From Pseudomonadota bacterium (GTDB lineage: Bacteria; Pseudomonadota; Alphaproteobacteria; MPNO01; UBA830), in contig JAYYZV010000155.1 of the NCBI GenBank assembly GCA_036339975.1, forward strand, positions 1,449-65,448: a stretch of 64,000 nt of DNA, in the 5' to 3' direction. Of the stretch, positions 9,309-19,219 are shown piece after piece. Position 1 is the first letter of the stretch, and every line of letters starts with the position of its first letter. The notes under the pieces were generated by a model. The model ran no database searches. It was given only the letters and a program-made list of their open reading frames with translations, and was not told the origin of the DNA. The position numbers and the translations under genes are program-made.

Positions 9309-10065
9309 GCGGCCATTCGCCGCGCTACCCGAAGGAATCAGTGAGGATTCATTTCTCGGCGGGACCGTGACCCTACGTCAGCCCGTCCGCGGTTATCGGG
9401 CCGCGATAGATCCCGTAATGTTGGCGGCATCGGTGAATGCGGGACCGGGGGAGCGGGTGCTGGAAGCTGGAACAGGGCATGGTGCTCCGGCGATATGTCT
9501 TGCAAGACGTGTCCCCGAATGCATTGTTACTGGCCTTGAGATCCAGCCCGATCTGGTGCGCCTGGCGAATGATAACGCTCGGCTGAACGGTCTGGCCAAA
9601 AACGTTCAGGTTATGATAGGTGATTTGGGGAGGCAAATGCCGCGAATTGCGGCCGGGGCATTCGACCACGTGATGGCAAACCCTCCGTTTCTTGATGCGG
9701 CCCATGCCCACAAGTCGCCGGATGGTGGTCGCGCCGCCGCGAACGTGGAAGGCGAAGCCAAACTGCGCGACTGGGTAGAGTTTCTTTTGCGAATGGTGCG
9801 TCCAAAAGGCACAGTCACCCTTATACATCGTGCTGACCGGCTGGACGAAATTCTCACACTTTTGTATGGAAATGCAGGGGAAACGGTCGTGTTTCCCCTC
9901 TGGCCTAAACGAGACGTCGATGCCAAACGGGTGATTATATGTGCGCGCAAGGGAATTAGGGCGCCATTGACTATGTCGCCCGGGCTTATTTTGCACGAAG
10001 ATGATGGCTCCTACACAAAACAGGCTGATGCAATTCTACGCGGCGGTGCCTGCTATCTTCGATAA
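9277..10065 (+). CDS. Class I SAM-dependent methyltransferase (tRNA1(Val) adenine-N6-MTase-like, NPPF motif)
   Basis: VLEAGTGHGAPAICLA glycine-rich SAM motif and NPPF (amino-MTase) motif. ATG at 9277 overlaps the end of the DUF2007 gene; the ORF listed from 9193 is an upstream in-frame extension. Confidence 0.75.
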   Translation: MNRAKEIVLPERPFAALPEGISEDSFLGGTVTLRQPVRGYRAAIDPVMLAASVNAGPGERVLEAGTGHGAPAICLARRVPECIVTGLEIQPDLVRLANDNARLNGLAKNVQVMIGDLGRQMPRIAAGAFDHVMANPPFLDAAHAHKSPDGGRAAANVEGEAKLRDWVEFLLRMVRPKGTVTLIHRADRLDEILTLLYGNAGETVVFPLWPKRDVDAKRVIICARKGIRAPLTMSPGLILHEDDGSYTKQADAILRGGACYLR

Positions 10066-10081
10066 ATGATATAAATGTCCC

Positions 10082-10951
10082 ATGACTTTCGATGAAATCA
10101 AGAACATCCTCAGCAATCTGATTGCAAGACTCCCAGTCGAGCGCTTCCGCAACCCGCCGCCGGTAATTGGCATACTGCGATTGGAAGGTGTAATCGGCCG
10201 GTCTGCAGGATCTGGCCGTCAGAGCCTAAGCCTCGACAGTTACGAGCGTGCCATCGGCAAGCTGTTCGATCGAAAAAACCTCAAAGCCGTTGCGCTGGTA
10301 ATAAATTCCCCGGGTGGCTCGCCGGTGCAAAGTGCCCTGATTGCCAAACGTATCCGTGATCTTGCTGATGATAAGGGTATGCCTGTTGTATCCTTCTGCG
10401 AGGATGTCGCTGCATCGGGCGGCTACTGGCTGGCCTGCGCAGGCGACGAGATTTTTGCAGACGCTAATTCGATTGTCGGTTCGATCGGAGTGATTTCCGC
10501 CGGGTTCGGGTTTGCAGATCTGATAGAACGTTTCGGGATCGAACGTCGGATTTATTCGACTGGCCCTCGTAAGGGCATGCTTGACCCATTCCAGGATGAG
10601 AAACCTGAAGACGTGGATCGGCTACGTGAATTACAAGAAGATGTCTTCGAAAACTTCAAATCCTACGTCTATGAGCGCCGCGGCGACATGCTGAAGGGGA
10701 GTGACGAGGCACTGTTCACCGGAGACATCTGGACCGGTAATCAGGCTCTCGAGATCGGGCTTGTCGACGGACTGGCCGAGATGCGCTCGGAGATGCGAAA
10801 ACGGTACGGTGACAAGGTTAAATTCTATAAGGCCGGCGTGCGCCGAGGCCTGTTCAGTCGTTTGCGGAACCGCAGTTTGTCAATAACTGCCCCAGCAGAA
10901 ATCGTGTCGGCGCTAGACGACTGGGCGTTATGGAAACGCTACGGGCTCTAG
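10082..10951 (+). CDS. S49 family peptidase (SppA-like signal peptide peptidase)
   Basis: INSPGGSPVQS...DVAASGGYWLACAGD...GSIGV matches the SppA/S49 catalytic region. Confidence 0.8.
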   Translation: MTFDEIKNILSNLIARLPVERFRNPPPVIGILRLEGVIGRSAGSGRQSLSLDSYERAIGKLFDRKNLKAVALVINSPGGSPVQSALIAKRIRDLADDKGMPVVSFCEDVAASGGYWLACAGDEIFADANSIVGSIGVISAGFGFADLIERFGIERRIYSTGPRKGMLDPFQDEKPEDVDRLRELQEDVFENFKSYVYERRGDMLKGSDEALFTGDIWTGNQALEIGLVDGLAEMRSEMRKRYGDKVKFYKAGVRRGLFSRLRNRSLSITAPAEIVSALDDWALWKRYGL

Positions 10952-10961
10952 GAACGATGTT

Positions 10962-11168
10962 GTGATTCTTAAATTGGTTATTTTGATGCTGATCATTGGC
11001 ATCGTTTGGTGGGGTTTTAAAAGGGTGGCCCGTCAGAATGTTGGTGGACAGGGCGCTGAGAAAAGGCGCGATCGGATTGAAAACGAAGAGATGTTGGCGT
11101 GTGACATATGTGGGACGTTCGTAACCGCGAGGTCGTCGAATTGTGGGCAGGAGAGGTGTCCCTTTTGA
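10962..11168 (+). CDS. Small membrane-anchored protein with C-terminal Cys motif (CxxC-x11-CxxxxC); function unknown
   Basis: 68 aa. Strongly hydrophobic N-terminus (ILKLVILMLIIGIVWWGF), basic/acidic middle, C-terminal CDICGTFVTARSSNCGQERC. Tightly follows the peptidase gene. Confidence 0.5.
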   Translation: MILKLVILMLIIGIVWWGFKRVARQNVGGQGAEKRRDRIENEEMLACDICGTFVTARSSNCGQERCPF

Positions 11169-11234
11169 GTGCTTAGAGGTCACCTATTTCTACGTCCTAT
11201 GCCCGACTAAACCGCCTTTAATAAGGAAATCCTT

Positions 11235-12338
11235 ATGGACTGGTTTAAATTCTTTCTCAAGCGGACAAAGCGTTACGCCTATTCATTCTACATTTTGAAT
11301 AAAAACAAGTTTCTCGGTAGAACATTCGTTCCGCCCCCGTATCGGCGGCTCTTTATCGAAACTGTCAGTTTCTGCAATCTAGAATGCAAGTTTTGCACCT
11401 ATCCCAAACATCTGCATCCCCGTGGTGTAATGGAAGATGAATTATTCCGGCAAGGAATAGATCAAGCAGCCGCATTGGGTATTGATGAAATCGCCCTGAC
11501 GCCTATCAACGGTGAGGTGTTTATGGATCGAAATATCCTAGAGCGGTGGCAGTATATTGAGGATAGCAGCATAAAATCCCACGTATTTTACACAAACTTT
11601 ATAGGCGCTGATGAAACGATGATTTTAGCGCTGTTATCGATGAAAAAATGTCGTTTTATTGAAATAAGTCTGTACGGCCACGATCTTGAGAGTTTCAGTA
11701 AAATAACTGGAAGAAGCGAAATACAATTTAACCGATTGATCGAAAACCTTAGAATCCTGAAACGGCATCTGGATAGAAAGCGGCCCGGTTTAGAAATTGT
11801 GATTGCCTTTCGAACTTATCGGACCTTTCGCCTGAACGGCGCGGCCTCCGACGGGCTTCTGGGTATAGTTAACCGGTTGGGCGCGGCTGGTGTCCATATC
11901 AGCGTCAGTTCAACGGTCGATAATTGGGGTGGCGATGTCACAAAGGATGATATTTCCGGCATTCAAATGAACCTGACAGAGGGACGTCATCTATACCGAA
12001 AAGGCCCGTGTGGGCTCCCGTTTGACAGTGTGCAAGTGACCGCCAGTGGACAGGTGAATGCGTGCGCTTGCAGGGATCCGCGAGGTACTTTGAGGTTGGG
12101 TGACCTGCGATCAGAACCGCTTGCGGATATCCTGTCTCCTCTAAACAAAAGATGGCTAAAAATCGTAGAAGACCATGAAGCTGGCCACTTCAATGACGTG
12201 TGTCGGTCTTGCGGCTTTTATAACAGCATTTACGACGAACGCCGTGCAAACGCCTTCAGGCAACTCGGTATCATCAGTAAGGAGGAGTTTATGTCGCGAG
12301 CAGTTTGTAAAGAAAATGGTCAAGCGCTTTCCCTTTAA
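11235..12338 (+). CDS. Radical SAM protein with C-terminal Cys-rich SPASM/twitch-like auxiliary cluster domain
   Basis: Canonical CNLECKFC (CxxxCxxC) at residues 47-54 after an unusual 40-aa Lys/Tyr/Phe-rich N-extension. C-terminal Cys cluster (GPCG, NACACRD, VCRSCG). About 43% GC against about 55% around it. Confidence 0.75.
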   Translation: MDWFKFFLKRTKRYAYSFYILNKNKFLGRTFVPPPYRRLFIETVSFCNLECKFCTYPKHLHPRGVMEDELFRQGIDQAAALGIDEIALTPINGEVFMDRNILERWQYIEDSSIKSHVFYTNFIGADETMILALLSMKKCRFIEISLYGHDLESFSKITGRSEIQFNRLIENLRILKRHLDRKRPGLEIVIAFRTYRTFRLNGAASDGLLGIVNRLGAAGVHISVSSTVDNWGGDVTKDDISGIQMNLTEGRHLYRKGPCGLPFDSVQVTASGQVNACACRDPRGTLRLGDLRSEPLADILSPLNKRWLKIVEDHEAGHFNDVCRSCGFYNSIYDERRANAFRQLGIISKEEFMSRAVCKENGQALSL

Positions 12339-12598
12339 TCGGCATTCGTGGGTGCCCTGCCTCCCGATAAACAAAACCGGACTTTGCGTCAGTTTACATT
12401 CTCTCTAGCCTTATGCACTAACGCCCCTTATCACCTCACCATTGGGACTGGGGAATTAGTTTTCATTATGATCACAACCATGAAAGAATTAGGTCAATTT
12501 CGACAGAATATTCCGTTTGTTCAGCGATTCGTTGACCCGCCTCCTGACCCCTCGTATTTTGCGACCCACTATCACCTCATGGGCCCGAGAATTACGCC

Positions 12599-13486
12599 AT
12601 GTCGCAGACCAACACTGCCGACACTTCCTTCCAATCGCTCATACTAAGGCTGCAAGCTTACTGGGCGGGGCAGGGCTGTGTCATTCTGCAGCCGTATGAT
12701 ATGGAAGTCGGCGCCGGGACATTCCATCCGGCGACGACCTTGCGGGCGCTCGGTCCGGAACCGTGGAAGGCGGCATACGTGCAGCCCTCAAGACGGCCGA
12801 CTGACGGTCGCTATGGTCAAAATCCAAACCGGCTGCAGCATTACTACCAGTACCAGACGATCTTGAAGCCGTCGCCTGCCAACAGTCAGGATTTGTATCT
12901 AGACTCTCTTCGTCAACTCGGCATCGATCCCGACTACCACGATATTCGTTTCGTGGAGGATGACTGGGAAAGCCCGACCCTTGGTGCGGCGGGCCTTGGG
13001 TGGGAGGTTTGGTGTGACGGAATGGAGGTCACCCAGTTCACCTATTTTCAGCAAGTTGGAGGCATTGAATGCGACCCCGTCGCAGTCGAAATGACCTACG
13101 GTCTTGAACGCCTCGCCATGTACATTCAGGGCGTGGATAACGTCTACGATCTGGATTTTAATGGCGCGGGCGTGTTCTACGGCGATGTGTTCCTGCGTGC
13201 CGAGAGAGAATTTTCGGCCTATAACTTCGAGCACGCAAACACCGAAAAACTATTTCGCGAGTTTGAATATGCGGAAGACGAATGCCATGCGCTTCTGGAT
13301 GAGAAACTTGCTTTGCCTGCTTACGATCAATGCATCAAGGCCAGCCACGTCTTCAACCTGCTGGATGCCCGGAATGCTATCAGCGTCACTGAACGCGCGT
13401 CCTACATCGGCCGGGTGCGGGCGTTGGCAAAGGGCAGTTGCGAAGCATGGTTGGGCACGACTGCCGCGGCCAATCCGGCGGGATAG
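12599..13486 (+). CDS. glyQ: Glycine--tRNA ligase alpha subunit
   Basis: Highly conserved GlyQ sequence ([29 protein letters not shown]). Confidence 0.95.
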   Translation: MSQTNTADTSFQSLILRLQAYWAGQGCVILQPYDMEVGAGTFHPATTLRALGPEPWKAAYVQPSRRPTDGRYGQNPNRLQHYYQYQTILKPSPANSQDLYLDSLRQLGIDPDYHDIRFVEDDWESPTLGAAGLGWEVWCDGMEVTQFTYFQQVGGIECDPVAVEMTYGLERLAMYIQGVDNVYDLDFNGAGVFYGDVFLRAEREFSAYNFEHANTEKLFREFEYAEDECHALLDEKLALPAYDQCIKASHVFNLLDARNAISVTERASYIGRVRALAKGSCEAWLGTTAAANPAG

Positions 13487-13488
13487 CG

Positions 13489-15588
13489 ATGCCTGAACTT
13501 TTGTTTGAGCTATTTTCCGAGGAAATTCCCTCCCGTATGCAGAGCCGTGCCGTGGATGATCTGGCGCGACTAGCCACCTCAAGTCTGCAAGAGGCCGGGC
13601 TGGTACACGGCGACTTACGCACCTTTGTAACTCCTCGGCGATTAACGCTCGTCGTTGACGGGTTGCCCGAAAAACAGCCCGATCTGCGCGAGGAAAAACG
13701 TGGCCCTAATGTCGACGCGCCGGAAAAGGCAATTGAGGGTTTTTTGAAGGCCAACGGCTTGACCCGCGAGGAATGCGAGGAACGGACGCTGGAAAAAGGC
13801 ACGTTTTTGTTCGCGGTGGTTGAACAGGCGGGTGCCGAAACGGCGCACATCTTAACCCAATTATTATCGGATGTGATCGCAAAATTTCGTTGGCAGAAGT
13901 CTATGCGGTGGGGGAGCGGGGGCCTGCGCTGGGTGCGTTCTCTGGAGCGGATATTGTGTCTATTTGACGGCCAAGTGCTGGCCGTCGCCACCCGGAACGA
14001 CGTACCCTGTGGTGACGTTACATCCGGACATCGGTTTCTTGCCCCGGAAACGTTTGCCGTGACGCATTTCGCAGATTACGAGAAGAAGCTGCGCGATACA
14101 TACGTGATTCTCGATCAGGAATATCGTAAAAGTTTCATCCTCAATGGGGTCCAGAATGCGGCGGCTGGAGAAGGACTGACGTTGCGCGAAGATACCGGCT
14201 TGTTGGAAGAGGTCGCGGGGCTAGTTGAATGGCCGGTTGTGTTGCTCGGGCGGATCGACGACGATTTCATGGATGTGCCGGACGAGGTGCTAATCACCTC
14301 GATGCGGGCCCATCAGAAATATTTTTCTTTGAAAAAAGACGATGGTTCCCTCGCGCCGTGTTTTGTAGTGGTGGCAAACATGGAGGCGAAGGACGGCGGA
14401 AAGTCGATAGTTTCCGGTAACGAGCGGGTGTTGCGGGCCCGGCTGGCGGATGCCAAGTTCTTCTGGGATCAGGACCGAAAGGCGACGTTGGAAAGCCGGA
14501 TCCCGGTGCTGGCTAAGAGTGTGTTTCAAGCTAGGCTTGGCACCATGGCACAAAAAGTCCAACGAGTGACGGCGCTTTCCGGTGACATTGCTACTTTTAT
14601 CCCCAACTGCGATGTCGAAAAGGCCCGGCGGGCAGCGCGTCTCGCCAAGGCCGACTTGGTGAGCGAAATGGTCTATGAGTTTCCCGAGCTGCAGGGCACA
14701 ATGGGCCGCTATTACGCGCTCAACGATGGTGAGGATGCGGTCATCGCCGATGCCATCGCTGACCACTATTCCCCGGCGGGGCCGGGTGATGATTGTCCGA
14801 CCTCTCCCGTTTCTGTGGCTGTCGCGTTGGCCGATAAGCTAGACACGCTGGTCGGTTTCTTTGCCATTGACGAAAAGCCGACTGGTTCGCGAGACCCCTA
14901 TGCGCTGAGACGATCTGCGCTCGGTATCATTCGGCTGATCCTGGAGAACGAACTGCGACTGCCATTGCGCGACGCTTTTTTGAAGGCCTATTGCGGTTAT
15001 AACGACACCGTTTCCGGTTTTTCAAACACGTCCGCCGACAGTCGCCAACCAGAAATCGTCGAACGCGAACTGCTCGATTTCTTTGCCGACCGGTTAATGG
15101 TTCATTTGCGTGAGCGCGGTGTGCGCCGAGACTATGTCGAGGCGGTTTTTGCACTGGGTGGGGACGACGATCTGGTTCGGCTTATCGCGCGGGTTGACGC
15201 CCTGTCCGGGTTTCTCGCAACCGATGACGGAGAGAATCTTTTGGCAGCCTACAAACGCGCCTCGAATATCGTTGCAATCGAAGAAAAGAAGGAAGGCGTA
15301 TCCTTTGGTGGGGGTGTTTCAGCCGATAAACTAACGCAGGTGGAAGAACGCGCCCTACTCGACGGGCTTTCTTCATCGTCGGCAAGCGCCAACGCTGCAA
15401 TTAATGAAGAAAAATACGTTGTCGCGATGGAGGCTATGTCGTCTCTGCGTCGGCCAGTCGATTTGTTTTTTGAGAATGTCACGGTAAATGCCGACGACGC
15501 TGACCTTCGTAAAAACCGCCTGCGGCTGCTGTCGGAGTTCCGTTCTACACTCGGCAAGATCGCCGATTTATCGCGCATAGAGGGTTAG
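13489..15588 (+). CDS. glyS: Glycine--tRNA ligase beta subunit
   Basis: MPELLFELFSEEIPSRMQ N-terminus typical of GlyS. ATG sits 2 nt after the glyQ stop; the longer ORF from 13438 is an in-frame upstream extension overlapping glyQ. Confidence 0.9.
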   Translation: MPELLFELFSEEIPSRMQSRAVDDLARLATSSLQEAGLVHGDLRTFVTPRRLTLVVDGLPEKQPDLREEKRGPNVDAPEKAIEGFLKANGLTREECEERTLEKGTFLFAVVEQAGAETAHILTQLLSDVIAKFRWQKSMRWGSGGLRWVRSLERILCLFDGQVLAVATRNDVPCGDVTSGHRFLAPETFAVTHFADYEKKLRDTYVILDQEYRKSFILNGVQNAAAGEGLTLREDTGLLEEVAGLVEWPVVLLGRIDDDFMDVPDEVLITSMRAHQKYFSLKKDDGSLAPCFVVVANMEAKDGGKSIVSGNERVLRARLADAKFFWDQDRKATLESRIPVLAKSVFQARLGTMAQKVQRVTALSGDIATFIPNCDVEKARRAARLAKADLVSEMVYEFPELQGTMGRYYALNDGEDAVIADAIADHYSPAGPGDDCPTSPVSVAVALADKLDTLVGFFAIDEKPTGSRDPYALRRSALGIIRLILENELRLPLRDAFLKAYCGYNDTVSGFSNTSADSRQPEIVERELLDFFADRLMVHLRERGVRRDYVEAVFALGGDDDLVRLIARVDALSGFLATDDGENLLAAYKRASNIVAIEEKKEGVSFGGGVSADKLTQVEERALLDGLSSSSASANAAINEEKYVVAMEAMSSLRRPVDLFFENVTVNADDADLRKNRLRLLSEFRSTLGKIADLSRIEG

Positions 15589-15591
15589 TTT

Positions 15592-18264
15592 ATGAGCCAG
15601 CGGCAATGGGTATATAAATTTGGTGGCGGAGGTGCGGAAGGCGCGTCCGACATGAAAAACTTGCTCGGTGGTAAGGGTGCAAACCTCGCCGAGATGTCGT
15701 CTCTTGGCCTTCCCGTCCCTCCCGGCTTCACGATCACCACGGAATTGTGCGCCGCTTACTATGACGCTGGCGAGAATTACCCAGACGATCTTTCCGGTCA
15801 GGTGGATGCGGCGCTGGAGTTCGTTGAGGAAACCGTCTGTGCCAAGTTCGGTGATTCCGAGAATCCGATGCTGGTGTCGGTTAGATCTGGCGCTCGGGTC
15901 TCCATGCCCGGCATGATGGATACCGTGCTCAACCTTGGCCTCAATAATGCTACGGTCATGGGTCTGGCAGCGAAAAGCGGTGATTCCCGATTTGCGTGGG
16001 ATTCCTATCGTCGTTTCATCCAAATGTACGGTGTTGTTGTCCTCGGCGTCGATCACGATAATTTTGAGGAAATTATTGACAACCAAAAGATGATGAATGG
16101 CGCCACCCTCGATACCGATCTCGATGCTGATGACTGGAGGGCGGTTGTATCCGGAGTCATGGAGCGAGTCGAGGACGAGACTGGCAAGCCTTTTCCTCAG
16201 GAACCGCGTGATCAGCTATGGGGCGCGATCACGGCAGTGTTTGGCAGCTGGCAGAACGACCGCGCGAACACGTACCGCAGGCTTCATAATATCCCCGAAA
16301 GCTGGGGCACGGCGGTTAACGTTCAGGCTATGGTGTTCGGAAATATGGGAGACGATTGCGCTACCGGCGTTGCCTTTACCCGTGATCCGTCGGACGGACG
16401 CAATACGTTCTATGGTGAATATTTGGTAAATGCTCAGGGCGAGGATGTGGTCGCCGGCATTCGCACGCCCCAACACCTGACAATATCTGGCAAAAACGAG
16501 CATGGCTCCGATGTGCCCGCTATGGAAGAAGTCATGCCTGAAGTATTCAGGCAACTCGATGAAGTGCGCTTGAGTCTCGAAAAGCATTATCGTGACATGC
16601 AGGATATCGAATTCACTGTTCAGCAAAACAAGCTGTGGATGCTGCAGACCCGGTCGGGCAAGCGAACGGCGGAGGCGGCGCTGAAAATAGCCTGTGAGAT
16701 GGTTAATGAGGGGCTGATATCGAAAGAGGAAGCAATTTTGCGCGTCGATCCGGAATCTCTTGATCAACTTTTGCACCCTACGCTTGATCCCGACGCGGAA
16801 CGCGACCTGCTTGCCAAGGGTCTCCCGGCGTCGCCAGGTGCGGCGTCTGGCGCGGTAGTGTTCTCCGCTGATGAAGCAGAGGCCAGATCGGCGGATGGCG
16901 AGAAGGTGCTTCTGGCTCGTATTGAAACCAGCCCCGAAGACATCCATGGCATGCATGCAGCGCAGGGCATCCTTACCAGCAGAGGCGGAATGACGAGCCA
17001 TGCAGCAGTCGTCGCGCGGGGGATGGGACGTCCATGCGTTTCTGGAGCCGGGGACCTGAGGATCGATTATGAAACCCAGAAGCTAACGGTTGGTGGTCGT
17101 GAAATTTTAGCCGGCGAAACCCTGACCATCGACGGCACGTCTGGTGAGGTCATGTTCGGAGAAGTACCGACACGGCAGCCGAAACTGTCCGGCAATTTTG
17201 CGACGCTGATGGCTTGGGTTGATGAAGTGCGTGACCTCAATGTCCGGACTAACGCGGAAACGCCTCTGGATGCGGAGACGGCCATAAGTTTTGGTGCCGA
17301 GGGTATCGGGCTCTGTCGGACCGAACATATGTTTTTCGATGCGGAACGCAGAGTGGCAGTCCGTGAGATGATTCTTGCTAAAGACGGTGACGGTCGCCGT
17401 GCGGCTCTTGCTAAGATCCTCCCTATGCAGCGTCAAGACTTTGTCGAGCTGTTTCGGATTATGGCGGGCAAGCCGGTAACAATCCGCTTGCTAGATCCTC
17501 CCCTGCATGAGTTTTTACCCCACACGGCTGAAGAAATGCGGAAGGTTGCAGATGCTTCAGGTGTTTGTGCGGAGGATTTGCGGATCCGAATCAGCGAATT
17601 GGCTGAAGTAAATCCGATGCTGGGTCATCGCGGCTGTAGGTTGGGCGTGACATATCCCGAAATTCCGGAAATGCAGGCCCGGGCTATATTCGAAGCCGCG
17701 ATCGAAGTTTCGAAGGGCACCGATAAACCAGTCGAGCCCGAGGTCATGATTCCGTTGGTGTCCGACAAGATGGAATTCGATCTTCTGCGGGAGCGCATTG
17801 ACGGTGTTGCCATGACAGTTTTCCAAGAAACCGGGTCAGAGGTTCCATATCTTGTCGGCACTATGATTGAACTGCCGCGCGCTGCTTTGCGTGCGGGCGA
17901 AATTGCGGAAGGTGCTGAATTTTTCTCCTTTGGGACAAATGACCTGACCCAGACCACTTTTGGGTTGTCGCGCGATGACACCGCGGGCCTGCTTAAAGAG
18001 TACGAACGTCGTGGCATATTTGGGATTGATCCTTTCGTATCGATCGATGTGGACGGTGTCGGCGAACTTTTAAAGCTAGGTGTCGAACGCGGACGCGAGA
18101 CACGTCCTGGGATTAAACTCGGTATCTGCGGCGAACACGGCGGTGATCCGTCGTCTGTGCATTTCTGCGCCGATATTGGATTGGATTACGTTTCTTGCTC
18201 GCCTTATCGCGTTCCAGTCGCTCGGCTTGCCGCCGCTCAGGCAGCGCTGCGGATTCGTCGGTAA
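15592..18264 (+). CDS. ppdK: Pyruvate, phosphate dikinase
   Basis: 890 aa. PEP-utilising enzyme N-terminal ATP-grasp, central mobile His domain (GGMTSHAAVVARGMG) and C-terminal PEP/pyruvate domain. Starts 3 nt after glyS. Confidence 0.95.
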   Translation: MSQRQWVYKFGGGGAEGASDMKNLLGGKGANLAEMSSLGLPVPPGFTITTELCAAYYDAGENYPDDLSGQVDAALEFVEETVCAKFGDSENPMLVSVRSGARVSMPGMMDTVLNLGLNNATVMGLAAKSGDSRFAWDSYRRFIQMYGVVVLGVDHDNFEEIIDNQKMMNGATLDTDLDADDWRAVVSGVMERVEDETGKPFPQEPRDQLWGAITAVFGSWQNDRANTYRRLHNIPESWGTAVNVQAMVFGNMGDDCATGVAFTRDPSDGRNTFYGEYLVNAQGEDVVAGIRTPQHLTISGKNEHGSDVPAMEEVMPEVFRQLDEVRLSLEKHYRDMQDIEFTVQQNKLWMLQTRSGKRTAEAALKIACEMVNEGLISKEEAILRVDPESLDQLLHPTLDPDAERDLLAKGLPASPGAASGAVVFSADEAEARSADGEKVLLARIETSPEDIHGMHAAQGILTSRGGMTSHAAVVARGMGRPCVSGAGDLRIDYETQKLTVGGREILAGETLTIDGTSGEVMFGEVPTRQPKLSGNFATLMAWVDEVRDLNVRTNAETPLDAETAISFGAEGIGLCRTEHMFFDAERRVAVREMILAKDGDGRRAALAKILPMQRQDFVELFRIMAGKPVTIRLLDPPLHEFLPHTAEEMRKVADASGVCAEDLRIRISELAEVNPMLGHRGCRLGVTYPEIPEMQARAIFEAAIEVSKGTDKPVEPEVMIPLVSDKMEFDLLRERIDGVAMTVFQETGSEVPYLVGTMIELPRAALRAGEIAEGAEFFSFGTNDLTQTTFGLSRDDTAGLLKEYERRGIFGIDPFVSIDVDGVGELLKLGVERGRETRPGIKLGICGEHGGDPSSVHFCADIGLDYVSCSPYRVPVARLAAAQAALRIRR

Positions 18265-18272
18265 GCAGAGGT

Positions 18273-19145
18273 CTATACGGCCATCCAGACCGGTTTCTGC
18301 GGCGTCACTTTTACGCCGTTCGCTAAAAGTTGGCCATTTTCAAAGACATCTAGCCGGAGCATGGCAATGCCCCTCCCTTTCTGCGCCGAATGTATCTCGC
18401 CGGCGTGTATATCACCTGCCGTAACCAAGGTTCCTGACGCGATCTCACCGTCGAATGTGATGGGGAATAACCTTTTTTTAACGAGGTTGCGGTGTTTCAT
18501 TCGCGCGGTTACTTCCTGGCCGACGTAACAGCCTTTCCCAAAATCGACGCCGTTCAGTTCGTCGAACCCGACTTCGAGTGGTAGGGATTTTTGGGGTATT
18601 AGGTCGGTGAAGCTTTCAGGGATTCCCAGAGAGATTCGCTTCGCGTCGTACTCGGCTCGGTTTTTTTCCATCAAGGTTTTGGCCGGCGAAGATAACTCGT
18701 TCTTGTCTATCAGCTGTATCGTTCGCTCTCCCATTTCTGCGTGACGGGGGTCAATATAGGATACGCTATCAACCTGAGTTTTGGCGGAGCCAGCTTTCGC
18801 TGAGACGTCGCGACTGTCGATATCGAGCATTACGCGGACCGCGAAAGTGCTGGTTTTACAGGCGATTGTAACCTTCGCCCGAAGTCGATACATGGTCAGG
18901 CGTTTTATGAGCCCTGGAATGTTTTCGGTTTTGCAGTCCAGTAGAAACTGTCCCTCGAAATCGACAACGAAGAAGTCGTACAGATACTTACCCTGAGGCG
19001 TCAGAAGTGCGGCGTATATTGCCGAGTTCTTAGTCACTTTATTAATATCGTTGGTGATCAGGCCCTGAAGAAATTCGCCCGCGTCTTCGCCAGCAACTGA
19101 GACGATGCCGCGATCCATAAGGGGAATGTCGATTTTATGCCCCAT
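18273..19145 (-). CDS. ygfZ: YgfZ/GcvT-like folate-binding protein (tRNA-modifying Fe-S cluster repair family)
   Basis: Aminomethyltransferase-like fold length and the KGCYVGQE signature of the YgfZ family. Confidence 0.7.
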   Translation of the reverse strand: MGHKIDIPLMDRGIVSVAGEDAGEFLQGLITNDINKVTKNSAIYAALLTPQGKYLYDFFVVDFEGQFLLDCKTENIPGLIKRLTMYRLRAKVTIACKTSTFAVRVMLDIDSRDVSAKAGSAKTQVDSVSYIDPRHAEMGERTIQLIDKNELSSPAKTLMEKNRAEYDAKRISLGIPESFTDLIPQKSLPLEVGFDELNGVDFGKGCYVGQEVTARMKHRNLVKKRLFPITFDGEIASGTLVTAGDIHAGEIHSAQKGRGIAMLRLDVFENGQLLANGVKVTPQKPVWMAV

Positions 19146-19219
19146 CGGCAGAAACTCCTTTTTTGACTAATTATAGCTTTCGCGTGGAATTATTCAGTCG
19201 TGAGGCTATAACTCGCCAC

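Noticed and set aside
16216-17001. 261-aa minus-strand ORF and several other long antisense ORFs within ppdK, glyS and asnB
   Set aside because: They are embedded antisense in highly conserved genes. Arg-rich translations are typical of high-GC shadow ORFs.
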